Under the pieces are notes generated by a model. That model was not told the origin of the DNA. It saw nothing but the letters and a program-made list of their open reading frames with translations, and did no database searches. A stretch of DNA of 64,000 nt from Dipteris shenzhenensis (lineage: Eukaryota): NCBI GenBank assembly GCA_047967505.1, contig CM106538.1; one strand, 5' to 3'. The position numbers and the translations under genes are program-made. Shown piece after piece: positions 1 to 13,786 of this stretch. The first letter of the stretch is position 1; each line of letters opens with the position of its first letter.

Positions 1-1335
1 AGAAGTGATAAATCCCAAGGAAAGAGATGCAAGGTATTCTTATATTTAGAATTTATTTTCTATGATTTGAAGTCTTTATACCTTGATTTTAATCTCAATG
101 TTTTATTTGAATTAGAACTTAAAAGATATTCAAGGTACATACATGGAGGTGACTACGATTTCAAGCGAGTATAAAAGAGTATGTGACAGCCTTTTAAATT
201 AGGCTTCATTATTTAAATCATTTGCTTCGAATTTTTTAATATATTGTCACTTGTTTTGTTACTATGCCCTCAGGTGGATGACATTTTAGAGGAAAATATG
301 GAGACGATACTTTTGAAATACATGGGAGTCCACACAATTCATGATATGTACTTTTCCTTAAAAAGTACATATGTGAAGCTTAAAAAGATGGAGAGTAGCT
401 TCAAACAGTACTCTACAGACATCAAGAAACCAGCCAGTAACATTATGATAAGGGACATTGTGCATTGGCTTATTGAAAGTCAAAAAGTTAGATTCATGGA
501 AAAATCTGATGTGCTTAGTTTAGAAGATATAGAGATTTTGATATGACATTTAGCTTGATTCAAACAAGTCTTCAAAGATGTTATGTAGACTCTTTTAGCT
601 CTCTTTGGTTGTCTTATATTTCTTATAGTAGAAGTTTTTTGCTTTTTCTTTTGAATATTGTAATAACGAATGGACTTTTTACCTTCTTATTATTTGTAGA
701 AATATTAAAGAGAACTCCATAATCTTTTTGATGGTTTTGTTGAATCTTAGTGTAGATAATGTGAGTTAATGTAATTATAGTAACAATTGCTTATTGCTCT
801 AGGTACTTTAAAAGTTCAAATTGCTACATATGAAAATGTGAAACATGAGTGCTTCATTTCTTAAATGATATAACTTAGAAAAAATCACTTATTTCGCGTT
901 CTTCCTATATAGGGAAATAGAAGATTCTCAATATTGTTTACTAGTTCATAACTAGGAAGTTTGCAAACTATGAAAAATGGGGCATTTCCTAGTTTGTCTT
1001 ACAAAGAAAAAGAGGATTCTCTATATCATTTACTAGACTATAACTAGGAAGTGTGCAAACTAGGAAAAATGGAACATTTCCTAGTTAGACTATGTAGGGA
1101 ATTGCTAATGAATTTCACTATCTAAGAAAATTTTCCTATATGGTGAAATTCTCTAATGATTCCCTGCATTGACTTGCATAGGGAATTTTTTGATTGATTC
1201 CCTAGATGAGGTAACTAGGAAGTGTTCCATTTTCTCTAGTTTGGACTCTTCCTAGTTATGTTCATTTCAAACCAGTAAATGATATAGAGAATCCTCTTCT
1301 TTTCCTATACAGAGAATGTCTCAAAGTTCCTTGTG
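1..1335. mobile_element. Probable right end of a CAC-terminated (CMC/EnSpm-like) DNA transposon
   Basis: Ends ...GTTCCTTGTG (CACAAG terminus on - strand) exactly where similarity to the duplicated copy at 62492 begins. 900-1310 holds short repeats in both orientations (ACTAGGAA/TTCCTAGT), like CACTA subterminal repeats. Left end and TSD are outside the window. Confidence 0.45.
274..546 (+). CDS. Possible terminal exon of an unknown, probably TE-borne gene
   Basis: Pyrimidine tract + CAG acceptor at 271-273, then about 90 open codons in AT-rich DNA. No recognisable motif. Confidence 0.25.
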   Translation: MDDILEENMETILLKYMGVHTIHDMYFSLKSTYVKLKKMESSFKQYSTDIKKPASNIMIRDIVHWLIESQKVRFMEKSDVLSLEDIEILI

Positions 1336-2844
1336 ACGTATGAGGGAGTGGAAAGAATGGGTTGGTGCCCCTCATTTCTCATTCCAAGATCGTGAGAGGG
1401 TGGTGGCCTTTGAGGGTGGCTGGGTGGAGGAGGTCGCAAGCAAGGGGGAGGGGCAGGGTTGAGGTCGACGAGGTGATCGCAACAGTGAGGCAGAGGGGAG
1501 GGAGTGAGAGGGTGATCACAACGAGGCTGAGGGGAGGGGCAAAGGAACGTTAAAGGTTAATTATATTAGCTTAATTGACATTAGGGGGTTTAGCATAGGT
1601 TAATGTTTTAATTAAATTGTCAACTGATTTTTTCAATGAATCATGCAAATTTTGTAACTTTTTTTAATCCAATCCAAATTCCTAATGCCAAGACAATTGA
1701 AATAGAAAATTACAAACCTAATGCAAAAATTTTGATGCAAATTCAATGCTCGAGCACAAAGTTAGAGAAATTTTCGAATTAGTAGAGCCATTAGTATTAT
1801 CTATTTCAATGAGAGAAGGTCAAACATTAAAATACAAAATAAGTTTTAAGGTCAAGAGGAATATAGATTTCAATTGCTAAATTTATTAAAAATTTTCTCA
1901 TCGTATCTTCTAACATTAAAATAAAGAAAAATTAATTTGGTGATGACATGTGGCAAGAAAAAAATTTCTACAAGCAAAGTTTTACAAACTAAGCTTACAA
2001 AAAAACATGCGTAGTCCATAATAATGGGGGTAACATTAAAATTCCATGTTAATTACAGGTTCTATTTTTGTGTGTATGTGTGCATGAGTGCATGTTTGCA
2101 CATGCATGCGTACGAGATGCCTACATCGATGTGTATGTGCATGCGCATTCCGTGTGCATGTGCGAATGCATGCACACATTTGTGCATGTATGCATGCGTA
2201 GATGCATCTGTGTGTGTGTGCGCGGGCGTGCACGTGGGAGAGAGACACTCATGTATGACCAGCTTCCATTTTCATCTAAATACCCTTACACATTTTCCAC
2301 AATCCTCATCACATATTCAACTATTTGTTGAATAAAACACATGACACTTTACTATGGGTTATCTCTATAGAAGTCAATTGATCTCTCCAAGTCTATGACA
2401 AATCATTAAAGGACATGATGATAATTCCATCAAATGGGATTATTGTATGCATATATATGTATGTGTAGAGAATCACAAAGTAGTATTTTACGCAACCCAC
2501 TAGTTGTGCAATCTGTAATGCTCTTGTCTTAAGGATAGAGTTTCAACATGGAAAAAGGTTCTTCCTTCTTTTTCCCTAATTATTGGTCATTTGTAAAATG
2601 GAACATGCACATTTTGGCATTTTCAAACATGCAAAGGTGTGTATTGCTTATCTGTATGTGTTTGATGGTTAAGGCACTTTGAACAAACCTTTGAATAAGT
2701 ATTTTCCATAAACTTGTATTTTTCCCTAAGATTTTTATGAAATTGGAGATTGCACAGCCAAAATTAATGAAATCTATGTAGTCATTTGTGTGGTGCACCT
2801 TGCACATTTTCTCTATGTTCTTCTTTTACTTTTTCTCAAGTTTG
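1336..2844 (+). repeat. Segmental duplication, copy A (matches 62492-64000)
   Basis: Near-identical at constant offset 61,156; ORF-track peptides at 1362/62518, 2024/63180 and 2580/63736 are almost the same. Confidence 0.95.
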
Positions 2845-3794
2845 AGTGCATAATTGCCAAAAGTTGTGTAATGATATGCGTATATCATAGATGTACATTA
2901 TTGTACACTGCTGATGGTCATGAAACTTTGAAAAAACTTTTCAATGAGTAAGTCACTTATACTTGAAAAGATTCATAATGATACGTGTCACGTATATGGT
3001 GGGATATGCACATCTTCTCATTTTCAAACAAGCTACACATTGCATAAGCACCCAAAACATGTGCATCCATACACTTATACCCAATGTGTATATTGGAGAT
3101 GGTCACCAAACTTTGCAAAGACCTTTTAATGATTAACGACAAGCAACCAATGACCCAAGTTCCCCAACGCTACTCTTGGGCCTTAGAACAATAACCCCTT
3201 CCCCATGAGGGAGCTTAGTCAACCAATTATTCCAACATTTACTATTTGAAAACTCATTCTATTAAGCCTACATGATCTCAAGTGACATCCCTAAATCATC
3301 TTTTAAGGAAATTATAGTACTATACTAGTAAAAAAGTGGTCCACCTTACTATGTACCAACCCATTAAAAGTTATCATCACTACTCCACCTAAATGGAGTA
3401 ACTCTAATCCACTCTTTTTACGAAAGATGTAACATTGATCCACATTTTGAGCTTAACCCAAGTTACTCCCAAGTCCAATGCAACATAATATGTGGATAAC
3501 AAATTTTCTTTCCACAAGATAGATCCCACCTACTAAAAACTCTTATTCATGTCTACTATCATGAAGGTGCACTAAGAGCTAACTCAATATATTGAGGACA
3601 TAGCATTATCAACTCAAGTGCACCAAATTTCAACCTTATTGGAACTCAGAGCTCTTCTTATGGTCACAAGTAAAAATAACTGATATTGTAAAAGGTGATT
3701 CACTACTACACATGGATCCTATTGCGATGTTTATGTACCGACGTTTAGCGCTCGCTTAGCGTTAATCGTCGGTATGAAAAGCGGGTTTCCTAAA

Positions 3795-3890
3795 TCGTCA
3801 CTATATAGCGACTGTTGGTAAAAGTCGCTATACAGTGACTTTTAAGTATCGCTATATAGCGACACTGATATACAAATTTATAGCGACGTT
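3795..3890. repeat. CACTA subterminal palindromic repeats, left end
   Basis: Several TCGCTATATAGCGA variants. Confidence 0.85.
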
Positions 3891-4061
3891 TTTACAGAGA
3901 TATATTTTTTTTAAAAAAGGCCTTAAAAGTTAGTTTTTTCCAATGACAAAAGTTTTTAAATTTTCATACATGTTTGAGCTCATAGAGAATAAAAAAATGA
4001 GAGCATGTACATCAAGCCTTTGAAGCTCATATATTCATGTCCAAGTTTGAGATGAGAAAAA

Positions 4062-7000
4062 TCAAATAAGAGCATTTACATCAACTGTTTCATCTTGAGC
4101 CAAGTCTAAGGCACCAAACAAGTCTATCTCCAACTCTATACCGAGTTTATCTCCTATATCATCATCATACTCTAGCATCGTACGTTCACCTAAAAGTATT
4201 TGATCATCTTCTTCAATAAAGCTTAAGTGTGGTGATTCTTGATGATTGTTGTCTTCTTCCTCAATATCGTGATCTCCATCCTCCTCCCGTGCGATGTCAT
4301 TATGCGCATCTTCCTCTTGGTTTATATGGTGATCTACATCTTCTTCGCTAGATTCATCAATTGGATCTGGCATTGGTAGTGGCATCTCCATATCCACATC
4401 TCGATCTTCAAAAAATTGCTTACTTCGTGGTGCAACTTGGATCACGTACCACCATCTTGGATAAGAACGATCCGGATGAAAAACCACCTATATTGAAGAT
4501 GGGTGCCAAATGTCGTCAATTATATATATGAAATTATGCTCAAGTACATGTATCAATGGACTTTAAAAAGGAAAGCTTTGACTAATTAAATCATTAGTAT
4601 GCATCTGCTCACAGTGCTCGGGAAGAACAAAAGTATCACTTTCATCGGTCCAATGTTTGGTGGAGTCTATTGCAAAGAGACCGCTACTATCTTTTCTCAC
4701 TGTCGCATGGGGACCGTTGTAAGTAGTTCTAAACCATTTTACATCAAGAATGAAAATAGTAAATCGTCTGAAATCAATTTCATAGATGTCGCGTATGGTT
4801 CCACAATAATCCAACTATGAGGAGAGAAGATTGGTATCTGAAGCACTTGCTCGGCTATCTTGTGTGAAGTTAGCCATGACTCCACAATCATACGTGACTC
4901 TCTTTGAATCGATGCGTTCCACGTGAAAATGTCGCCCATACGACCATAATGCACTGTACTTTTTGTACTGTAAAAGAGCATCATTAAAACAATGAAGATG
5001 CATATATTTTATAGCATATATTGCCACAAATAATTACTTAATTACATCAAGAGGTAAGAAACTTACATGCACCATACATCCAGATGATAACTCTCGCTCG
5101 CGCTCATTTATTGTCTCTCCATCACGTTCGGCTTTACGTAGAGCCAGTTGTAGCCAATCAAGTGACATGTGAGTAGGGAGAAGAGCCAGATCCTGTGGAT
5201 ATGGTTGTGATCGCCTGTACATTACTCTGAATCTCGTCCTTGCATTTATTCTTTCTGCTTTGGCCACTTCATATCTCTCAATCCACTTCTACATCTCAGG
5301 GCTATTGAGGATACAAAACTTATTGAATTTCTCCATTTTCTCTTCGCTCATCTTTCTTTCAATCCCTTTTCCTTGGGGAACCTCGCCAACGATGCGATCA
5401 TCATCTGTTGTGCCAAGCTTGCGGCATATCAGGATCCGTGGATCCAAGAAACTCTGTGATATATACTAATGACTCTTGCACAAGCCATCCCTCTGCCATG
5501 CTTGCTTCCGGTCTTGCTCTTTGTCTTACAAACCCCTTTAAAGTTTTCATAAACCGCTCGAGAAAAAACATCCATCGACTATGAACAGTACCTGCTATAG
5601 CCACCTCATCAACTATGTGCACAAGCAAGTGGACTTGAGTTGTCATAATGCTCGGGGGAAAGTGCTTCTCAAGCAAGCATACGGCTTCGATGGATTCCAC
5701 CCTAGCATTCTCGATGCTCAATATAGAGATCTCTTTTTGAGATATCCACCTATTTCACATGTCCATGCATATGTAAGATATTTGAGATATCCACCTATTT
5801 CACATGTCCATGAAGAAAATATATAATGCGATTTGATAGTAAGCATACCTCACAATACCACAGATCTTGAATATAGCATTTCTAACATCTTCTTGTAAGC
5901 ACCCTTTTATTGTAATTGGGAGGATGAACTATCAAAGCAACAATGAAGTCATGTCAACAATATAACATAATAATAATTACGCTAACGCATCATGATTATT
6001 GGTACACTAATTCTACTTAGAATACCTATAAGACCTTGTGCCAATCATGGGACTTGAGCCCACTAAGCTTATTGTCCTTTGAAAATGCTCCTTTCAAGCA
6101 ACGCATGTACCCTGTCAGTGTTTGAAAAGAGGCAATGTCTGCCTTGACCGCTGCCTCCTCCCTCGTAGAGAGGATCCACGTTGCTTTCGGGAGGATAACT
6201 TTTCCCGAATCATGCACTTGGGGCCACAAACGAGACATCCTATTCATAGCACGCAAGTCTTCTCGCACTCCTCTCGAGTCCTTGGAACCAACCAAGTGTG
6301 CCCAAATAGTAGCCCCCATATTCTTGAAAATATGCATGGGATCCAAGAGATGATTGATTTGTAACTGACCCCAATAAGGAAGCCCAAATAGTACCAGGAG
6401 AAGGTTCCTCTCCATTCGCCCTCCAAGCTTGAATCCAGTCACTTGCCTTCAAATATGATGGTGGTGGATCAAGCTGACCTCCATGTGCGAGATGGTCGAG
6501 CGGAAGGTATCAAGCATGATCTTCATAAACATTTTTCCTCATATGTTTGGAGTAGCGTGCAAGCGATTTTAGAGCCGGTCCCAAACAGGACAAGCATGGT
6601 ACCCACTTGTAACAAGTCCTGCACGCGTGCATGAATGTGTTAGTACAAGACATGCCTGCAAAAGAGAGTAAAAAAAGCATAATCCCTCATTGTACATGTA
6701 AAGACACAACCACGTACCTGCGCACTCTCCATATCCTGGGTAGTCATGCATGGTCCACATCAAGATACCCCTGACTAAAATATCATTGGTATGTCTAGGA
6801 GCTCTGGAAATATCAAAGACCTGCACTTCTCTCCATAATATCTGTAACTCCTCTATCAAAGGTGCCATGTACACGTCCATGTTTTTTGCCTTGTACTTTC
6901 CTGGTACAAGTAGTGTAAGCATGAGGTGTCCCTTTTTTATTGTTAGCCATGGTGGGATATTGTAATTCACCATGACTATGGGCCATGTCGACCAAGATGT

Positions 7001-9108
7001 CGAGCGTAACCCGAAAGGATTCACGCCGTCCATGGCTAGCCCAAGATGTAAGTTGCATGGCTCCCTCGCAAAGTCCGGCCACTGATTATCGGGAAAAATC
7101 TTTTGGCGAGCTTTTTTATGTGAGCTTTTTTACCATTTCCTTTGTTTTTGCGAGCTTTTTTTAGAAATCCATACATGTTTTTGTTATAAGAAAGCTGGGG
7201 AGGTTAGAAAGAGGGGGAGAGGATATAGGATATGTTCATTTTCATAGCATGTGGAAGGGGTGGAAGAGTGTATACTATGCACAAGGGGGGGGCAAATATG
7301 AGTGGCAGTAGGAGGCAAAAAATTATGGAAGATATGTCCATATTCAAAGTAGAAGGGAGTAACTATGGGAGATATGTTCATTTTAAAAGTGTATAATTTG
7401 AAACTTTTGACCTCATATTTGGATTCCTCGTGTTCAATTCCAGTCATTTTGAGTATCAACATGACCATATTCCGATAAAAATTGGAAAAATGGTGTTTTT
7501 GTCATTTTAGCCTGTTTTGGGCCTATTTTGAGTCTGCGCTAGCGCAGACTCAAAATAGGCCCAAAACAGGTCAAAATGAATTCATAACAAAAACACCATT
7601 TTTCCAATTTTTATCGGAATATGGTCATGTTGGTACTCAAAATGACCGGAATTTGACGAGGAATCCAAATATGAGGTCAAATCTATCAAATTATACACTT
7701 TGAAAATGAACAAATTTCCCATATGCTCTCCCTTCCCCTTTACATTTAGTAGATGAACATAAGTTTCACATTCCTCATCCTCTCTCTCCTCGCACTCCTC
7801 TTTGCATACCTTATAAGTTCCCCCTCTAACTATGATAACAAATATATGTTCCAACTCCCCTCCCCTCCCTTCTCCATGCCACTTTACCCATGCGACCATC
7901 CCTCCCCTTTTCCTTTATCTCCCCTCTGCCCCCTCTCTCCTCTTAACTGCAACCATAACCTAAACTTTCCACCCACCCCACTCCATGAAACCCCCCCTCC
8001 CCCTCTCTCTCTCTCAGGTGAATGAAAAACTCACAATATTCATGAAAATTAAAAAAAAGCTCACCAAAAAATCACACCCCTGATTATCTATGTGCTTCCA
8101 AGCTGCACAATCTGCGAGAATCCTCAATGTGTGATCAATGGACCGATGAGATGCATGCCATGTCATCAACTCCGCTATGGATTTGCATCGGAACATGTGT
8201 TGTATTCTTGCAATGATGGGAAAGTGTCTCAAGACCTTTACTGGTATCCGCTCACCCTGCAAGTCATCTCTATATCGTTGTTTCCCACACTTTGGACAAC
8301 TAGCCAAATCTCCATGCTCACGACGAAAGAGAATACAATCATTACGGCAAGCATGGATGGTATCATAATCCATACCTACCATTGTTAGCATCTTTTTCGC
8401 TTCATCTCTTGATGCGGGCATGGTATTTGGTGCAGGCAACATCTTCTAGAGCAACCTATGACAAAGACACTATCCAAATGATGATTCTCAAAACAAACAA
8501 TATCCAAATAATGAGTCAAATTAATGCAAGAGCTAACCTCATTAAGGCCGAGACACTTGTATCCGACCACCCATATTGTACTTGTAGATTCAAGATTGAG
8601 AGACAAGCACGTAGTTTAGACATCCTAGCATCCTCGTACAATTGTGTTGATTGCAACTCTTGCATTTCGACCTCAGACTCTGACATCACATGTACATGGG
8701 ATGTAGTGCCCCTAAAAATGGAATCCATTATGTCGACCATACCCTCGTCATCATCCGGGAGACTATAGTCTTGCTGAAAGTGAGAAGGTATATGTGTACC
8801 CTCGTCACCCTCCTCATCCTGTTTTAAGATTTCGTGTAAATATAAGATCTTCTATTTCCTAGTATACAATAAGATTGCAAACTTAAATAGCTTTGACTTA
8901 TCGATGGTCCATCAACATGTGCAACACCAATGAGGGGTACTGGTTCCGGCTCCTCCCCATACATCCACAAGTGGCGCATGATAATACGACGTTGATGTCG
9001 TACTTCTCGCTTGCAATGAGTGCAATGACAGTATAACCTCTCCGTAAGCCACTTCATGCTCCCAGGCATTGGCGCATCATCGGACGAGCTTCCACTCGTT
9101 CCTTCCAT
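4062..9108 (-). pseudogene. CACTA transposase (TnpD/Tnp2-like), multi-exon, disrupted
   Basis: Motifs CHCTHC..RHL..G, IHACRNDCILF..CPKCG, LRHFPIIARIQ, DGVNPFG..STWPIV..YNIPPW, HDYPGYG, HLLDPMHIFKN, GLKSHDWH, HLLVH..RWMFFLERFM..LK..VRQRARPEASMAEG, YCGTIRDI..VKWF. Broken by the 7091-8079 insertion and frameshifts. Confidence 0.92.
7091..8079. mobile_element. Non-autonomous Mutator-like foldback element inside the CACTA transposase
   Basis: 9-bp TSD CTGATTATC (7082-7090, 8080-8088); GGG...CCC ends; halves are inverted copies around a perfect 60-bp palindrome at 7511-7570; removal restores WKHIDNQ|WPDFARE. Confidence 0.88.
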
Positions 9109-9209
9109 CTACACTTATAAAATCACAACATAAGCATGAAGAAAAGATATTAACAGTTATAAAATAGCATGTTTGAGCTTCTTTTGATGCTACAACAAAA
9201 AAGTGACTG

Positions 9210-9345
9210 TAAGCGTCACTATATAGCGACCTTTTTGCTTCCATCGCTATATAGCGATGTTTTTAATTAAAAACGTCGCTATATAGCAATGGATTAGCGT
9301 CGCTATATAGCGACGCTGTGGGTTAAAACCCAAAACTCTAAACGC
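9210..9345. promoter_or_regulatory. Internal TCGCTATATAGCGA cluster / putative bidirectional promoter of the CACTA element
   Basis: About 4 motif copies between the divergent ORFs; equivalent cluster in copy 2 at 55225-55385. Confidence 0.55.
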
Positions 9346-10009
9346 GCGGCGTTTTCTTCATCCTATTCCCTAATCTCTCAAGTAAGCAAGCCAATATCTC
9401 CTCCCACCTATTTTCGATGACCTCCCACCTCTTTCAAGCAACCTCCCACTCTATTTTCCACTCCTCACTCTTCCCCTACCTCTTGTACTCCCTCTCTACC
9501 CTTTTCCCTCTTTGGTTTCTTGAAAGGAAGTTCTTCAAGAGATGAGTTTGTTTCAACAATGTAGGTTGTTTTTTGTTAGCTTTAGTTTTGTGAGTGTTTC
9601 TTCTTGTATTGCTAAACCTGTAAACTAGTTTTCATGCTTGTTTTGAAAGGATTGAAACAAAAAACGAGATTTCAAGAAAGAAAGAAAACTCATCTCTTTT
9701 TTCTATATTTCTCTTCCTTCTCTTTCTCCTTGTCTCCTCAATCTCCTCCTTTCCTTGTCTCCTCAATCTCCTCCCTTCAAGAAGTTGCTTTTGTAATCTC
9801 CTCCTTCCACTAACATCTTATTTGAAAAAATGGGTTGTTTTCTCTCTTTTGTAGGGCCAGTCCACTACACTGAGCAAGACATACTATTTCAGGTAAGTGC
9901 TTCCTCTTTTTTCCATATATTATTTTTGTTATTTGCATTGGCCTGCAGCTAGCGCCTTAAGCGCAAGTTGCAGTGATGGGCGTAGGAACCCTCTCTTCCC
10001 CTCAAACTC

Positions 10010-13000
10010 TTTCCTTCTTCCCCCTTCTCTTATTCTCTTTTTTTTCCCCCTTCTCTTTTTTCCCTCTTCTCTTATTCTCTCTTTCCCCCTTCTCTATTTT
10101 CCCCTTCTCTCTCTTCCCTTCTCTCTTTCCTTTCCCTCTTATTCTCTATTTCCGCATAGCATGAGAGCATGAGCATATGCAGAAATAGAGAATGAGAGAA
10201 GCTTCTCTCTTTCTCTATTTCCGCATAAGCTCATGCATAAGCTTATGCTTATGCTTATGCTTCTCTCTTTCCCCCTTCTCTATTTCCCCCTTCTCTCATT
10301 CTCTATTTCCGTATAAGCTCATGCTCATGCATGAGCATAAGCATGAGCTTATGCTTAAGTTTCCCCCTTCTCTCTTTCTCTATTTCCGCATAAGCTTATG
10401 CTTATGCATGAGCTTATGCGGAAATAGAGAATGAGAGAAGCATAAGATCATGCTTATGCTTCTCTCATTCTCTATTTCCGCATAAGCTCATTCTCTATTT
10501 CTGCATAAGCTCATGCTTATGCATCTCTCTTTCCCCCTTCTCTATTTCCCCCTTCTCTTTTTTCCCTCTTCTCTTATTCTCTCTTTCCCCCTTCTCTATT
10601 TCTTCCTTCTCTCTTTTCCCTTCTCTCTTTCCTTTCCCTCTTATTCTCTATTCCCCCCTTCTCTCATTCTCTATTTCCGCATAAGCTCATGCTCATGCAT
10701 GAGCATAAGCTCATGCTTATGCTCATGCATGAGCATGAGCTTATGCTTAAGTTTCCCCCTTCTCTCATTCTCTATTTCGGCATAAGCTCATGCATAAGCA
10801 TAAGCATGAGCTTATGCTTATGCATGAGCTTATGCGGAAATAGAGAATGAGAGAAGGGGGAAATAGATAAGAGGGAATAGAGAATGAGAGAAGGGGGAAA
10901 TAGAGAATGAGAGAAGCATAAGCTCATGCTTATGCGGAAATAGAGAATGAGAGAAACATAAGCTCATGCTTATGCTTCTCTCATTCTCTATTTCCCCCTT
11001 CTCCTCGGGGGGGTCACTATGTATAAACCCTCTATATCACGTGCGTTCAAGGCCTATATTTAAAATCCCTTATCTGTAAAAAAATTCATTAATAAAATGT
11101 ACCCCTTTTCTATACAAATCTGTAAATTTTTTCCAAAACTATTTTAAATAGTCCCTTATGTATATTTATTTCTGTAAATTTTAGAAATAAAAAAAATCCT
11201 TCTGTTGAACTCACGTGATAGGGTTACATATGATGAGTGACCCCCCCGAGCCCTTCTCTCATTCTCTATTCCCTCTTATCTATTTCCCCCTTCTCTCATT
11301 CTCTATTTCCGCATAAGCTCATGCTCATGCATGAGCATAAGCATGAGCTTATGCTTATGCTTATGCTTAAACATAAGCATAAGCTTATGTTTAAGCTTAT
11401 GCTTATGTTTAAGCATAAGCATAAGCTTAAACATAAGCTTATGCTTTTTTCCCCTTCTCTTTTTTCCCTCTTCTCTTATTCTCTCTTTCCCCCTTCTCTA
11501 TTTCCCCGTTCTCTCTTTTTCCTTCTCTCTTTCCTTTCCCTCTTATTCTCTATTTCCCCCTTCTCTCATTCTCTATTTCCGCATAAGCTCATGCTTATGC
11601 ATGAGCATAAGCTCATATGCTTCTCTCATTCCCCCTTCTCTATTTCCCCCTTCTCTCATTCTCTATTTCCACATAAGCTTATGCTTATGCTTCTCTCATT
11701 CCCCCTTCTCTATTTCTGCATAAGCTCATGCTTATGCTTCTCTCTTTCCCCCTTCTCTATTTCCCCTTTCTCTCATTCTCTATTTCCGCATAAGCTTATG
11801 CTTATGCATAAGCTTATGCTTATGCATGAGCTTATGCGGAAATGGAGAATGAGAGAAGCATAAGCTCATGCTTATGCTTCTCTCATTCTCTATTTCCGCA
11901 TAAGCTCATTCTCTATTTCCGCATAAGCTCATGCTTATGCTTCTCTCATTCTCTATTTCCACATAAGCTCATTCTCTAGCTTCTGCATAAGCTCATGCTT
12001 ATGCTTCTCTCTTTCCCCCTTGTCTATTTCCCCCTTCTCTCATTCTCTATTTCCACATAAGCTTATGCTTATGCTTCTCTCATTCCCCCTTCTCTATTTC
12101 TGTATAAGCTCATGCTTATGCTTCTCTCTTTCCCCCTTCTCTATTTCCCCCTTCTCTCATTCTCTATTTCCGCATAAGCTTATGCTTATGCTTCTCTCAT
12201 TCCCCCTTCTCTATTTCCCCCTTCTCTATTTCCGCATAAGCTCATGCTTATGCTTCTCTCTTTCCCCCTTCTCTATTTCCCCCTTCTCTCATTCTGTATT
12301 TCCGCATAAGCTTATGCTTATGCTTCTCTCATTCCCCCTTCTCTATTTCCCCCTTCTCTATTTCCGCATAAGCTCATGCTTATGCTTCTCTCTTTCCCCC
12401 TTCTCTATTTCCCCCTTCTCTATTTTCGCATAAGCTCATGCTTATGCTTCTCTCTTTCCCCCTTCTCTATTTCCCGCTTCTCTCATTCTCTATTTCCGCA
12501 TAAGCTTATGCTTATGCATGAGCTTATGCAGAAATAGAGAATGAGAGAAGCATAAGCTCATGCTTATGATTCTCTCATTCTCTATTTCCGCATAAGCTTA
12601 TGCTTATGCTTCTCTCATTCCCCCTTCTCTATTTCCCCCTTCTCCCATTCCCCCTTCTCTATTTCCACATAAGCTCATGCTTATGCTTCTCTCTTTCCCC
12701 CTTCTCTATTTCCCCCTTCTCTCATTCTCTATTTCCGCATAAGCTCATTCTCTATTTCCGCATAAGCTCATGCTTATGCTTCTCTCATTCTCTATTTTCG
12801 CATAAGGTCATTCTCTAGCATTCGCATAAGCTCATGCTTATGCTTCTCTCTTTCCCCCCTCTCTATTTCCCCCTTCTCATGCTTATGCTTCTCTCTTTCC
12901 CCCTTCTCATTCTCTATTTCTGCATAAGCTCTCATAAGCATAAGCATGAGCTTATGCAGAAATAGAGAATGAGAGAAGCATAAGCATAAGCATAAGCTCA

Positions 13001-13720
13001 TGCTTATGCTCATGCATGAGCATGAGCTTATGCTCATGCTTATGCTTCTCTCTTTCCCCCTTCTCTCATTCTCTATTTCTGCATAAGCTCATGCTTATGC
13101 TTCTCTCTTTCCCTCTTCTCTCTTTCCCTCTTCTCTATTTCAGCATAAGCTCATGCTTATGCTTCTCTCTTTCCCCCCTCTCTATTTCCCCCTTCTCTCA
13201 TTCTCTATTTCTGCATAAGCTTATATTTATGCATGAGCTTATGCAGAAATAGAGAATGAGAGAAGCATAAGCTCATGCATGAGCTTACGCTTCTCTCATT
13301 CTCTATTTCCACATAAGCTCATTCTCTATTTCCGCATAAGCTCATGCTTATGCTTCTCTCTTTTTGCCTTCTCTATTTCCCCCTTCTCTCATTCTCTTCT
13401 TCCGCATAAGCTCATTCTCTATTTCCACATAAGCTCATGCTTATGCTTCTCTCACTCTCTATTTCCGCATAAGCTCATTCTCTATTTCCGCATAAGCTCA
13501 TGCTTATGCTGCTCTCTTTCCCTCTTCTCTATTTCCCCCTCCTCTCATTCTCTATTTCCGCATAAGCTCATTCTCTAGCTTCTCTCTTTTCCCCTTCTCT
13601 ATTTCCCCCTTCTCTTATTCTCTATTTTTGCATAAGCATAAGCATGAGCTTATTCTCTCTAACTCTTATTCTCTATTTCCCTCTTCTTTCTCTTCTCTTT
13701 CCTTTCCCTCTTCTTTCTTC
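10010..13720. repeat. Low-complexity array with local inversions (TTCTCTCATTCTCTATTTCC / GCATAAGCTCATGCTTATGC modules), probably within a 5' intron of CACTA ORF2
   Basis: Modules reiterated directly and inverted; flanked by donor CAG|GTAAG (~9893) and acceptor TTAG at 13781-13784. Confidence 0.85.
11004..11250. mobile_element. MITE, 247 bp, TIR CTCGGGGGGGTCACT, 8-bp TSD
   Basis: TSD CCCTTCTC (10996-11003, 11251-11258); near-identical inverted copy at 53052-53297. Confidence 0.92.
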
Positions 13721-13786
13721 TTGCCTATGCCTATGCTTATGTTTGTTTTTTTGTTTTTTGTTTTTGTGTTTGTGTCTATGTTAGAC

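Noticed and set aside
2024-2335. Cys/His-rich ORFs on both strands (also 63180-63491)
   Set aside because: Produced by TG/CA-rich alternating low-complexity sequence, not metal-binding proteins.
5737-5812. 31-bp local duplication in the copy-1 transposase
   Set aside because: Real (absent from copy 2) but ordinary decay.
9897-13578. Many ORFs rich in L/S/F/P/M/H
   Set aside because: Translations of the low-complexity array.
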